A stretch of 64,000 nt of DNA, from contig CAWHHQ010000001.1 in assembly GCA_963829225.1 (NCBI GenBank), positions 136,053-200,052 of the forward strand, written 5' to 3'. Positions 62,988 to 64,000 of the stretch are shown piece by piece. Origin of the DNA: an uncultured Methanoregulaceae archaeon. Lineage in GTDB: Archaea; Halobacteriota; Methanomicrobia; Methanomicrobiales; Methanospirillaceae. The position numbers were made by a program, and so were the translations under genes. A model generated the notes under the pieces. The model was given only the letters and a program-made list of their open reading frames with translations. It made no database searches and was not told where the DNA came from. How positions within the stretch are numbered: the stretch's first letter is position 1; each line of letters starts with the position of its first letter.

Positions 62988-64000
62988 TTATAACCAGTAC
63001 CGGTGAGTCTGGATAAAATTTCGTTCTGCTTTCATGATCTCGCGATAGAACGCATCGCCTTCGGTGAGGGTCCCGAGAATTCGGGATGCAGTCTCAGGTC
63101 CGACCCCCCGGGCAGAAAGCGCAATCACTGCCTTTTTCCCGCTGGAAAGAACGATATTGGCATTTTTTAATAAACGCTGTTCAATAGCACGATCTTCTGG
63201 GGTTTTCCGGGGATTCTTCAAAGCCGTATACGAGTCGTCTTCATAAGGTTTGAGCGCGGCAATCAGGCATGCCCCGCACTTTGGGCATTGGGGTTGGTCG
63301 GGTACGCGGGAAACAACGGTGCGGCAGTGCCAGTCCCGGCAATTCATACAGGCAAGCACAACACCATCCTGGTCGAGCCTTCTCTTCAGCGTGGCGAGCA
63401 CTGCCTGATCCGCCGTGGGTGGTGGTATCTGGTCACGGGATGAAAACAATCCCCCGGCTCCGATTATAGAATGGGGGCCTAAAACAACGCGGATCTCTTC
63501 CTGCCTGATCTTGCCAATAATTATGGCAGCGGTATCAATATCCATATAATCAGAGAGCAGTTCCCGGAATGCTTCCTGTTGGACGACTGTTCCATCAAAA
63601 TACTCTAAAAGACGCTGTATACTGATCTTTTCATAATCGGCATCCGGATCAATCGCGCCAAATTTTTTCGCGATCTGGACCAGTTTCCATTTGAACAGGG
63701 CAGTTCGTTTCAGCGCCAGCCTGATTATACCCGGCATATGTGCGGGGTCAAGGGAAAGTAAAAAATCCCGCACGTCTGCACTCCTGATGGAAGAGGGAAG
63801 GCACAGGAACATCCGGTATGCGTCAAGTTCAAGGCCTACCGTTGTTCCGTACCGTGCTGATATGAGAATAGAAAGAACACGTCCCAAGGCTTCATTCGTT
63901 TTATGCCCGGCGCAGATATTACAGACAACTCCTTCCCCGGTATTTTCCAGGGTTATGACCTGATCGCTGGGGACAAGTGAACGGTTTTTGTCCATTTCAG
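62988..64000 (-). CDS. lhr: Lhr-family helicase, C-terminal part (5' end outside the window)
   Basis: GHKTNEALG, IAKKFGAI, CMNC...CPKC zinc motif, RGVGPETA, AERNFIQTHRYW. Confidence 0.82.
   Translation of the reverse strand, partial: EMDKNRSLVPSDQVITLENTGEGVVCNICAGHKTNEALGRVLSILISARYGTTVGLELDAYRMFLCLPSSIRSADVRDFLLSLDPAHMPGIIRLALKRTALFKWKLVQIAKKFGAIDPDADYEKISIQRLLEYFDGTVVQQEAFRELLSDYMDIDTAAIIIGKIRQEEIRVVLGPHSIIGAGGLFSSRDQIPPPTADQAVLATLKRRLDQDGVVLACMNCRDWHCRTVVSRVPDQPQCPKCGACLIAALKPYEDDSYTALKNPRKTPEDRAIEQRLLKNANIVLSSGKKAVIALSARGVGPETASRILGTLTEGDAFYREIMKAERNFIQTHRYWL

Noticed and set aside
1-64000. CRISPR array, rRNA, integrase or provirus
   Set aside because: I saw no regularly spaced short repeats, rRNA-like sequence, recombinase or viral genes. 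The HK97-fold gene is an encapsulin with ferritin cargo.

Overview
64 kb of archaeal chromosome from a hydrogenotrophic methanogen, most likely Methanomicrobiales and Methanoregula-like (F420-dependent fdhAB, cbiD/cbiE, TBP, Lhr, tRNA-Arg(GCG), Methanomicrobiales-type exported proteins). From left to right: end of a cobalamin operon; fdhAB; a 1251-aa wHTH-(PAS-GAF)x3 protein; mutS-mutL-mutY; several hydrolases; an IS5 remnant. Next comes a six-gene operon with a bacterial-type acetyl-CoA synthase, corrinoid Fe-S protein (CoFeSP), RACo activator, core methionine synthase and CooC, with no CO dehydrogenase or methyltransferase gene in the window. It is followed by hxlB, an aminotransferase and an M42 peptidase, then a ~17 kb stress-gene block (ferritin-like cargo + encapsulin, rubredoxin pseudogene, MerA-like reductase, two-component system, Hsp20-GrpE-DnaK-DnaJ-Hsp20) ending at tRNA-Arg. 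The window closes with tRNA-Leu, an RHH-fused acyl-CoA synthetase with a decayed paralogue, tbp and lhr. Nine single-base indels break otherwise intact genes (fdhA, mutL twice, acsD, dnaK and others) and look like consensus/assembly artefacts. The best candidate for a notable system is the CODH-less acetyl-CoA synthase to CoFeSP to methionine synthase module. All calls come from motif recognition by eye; no searches were run.
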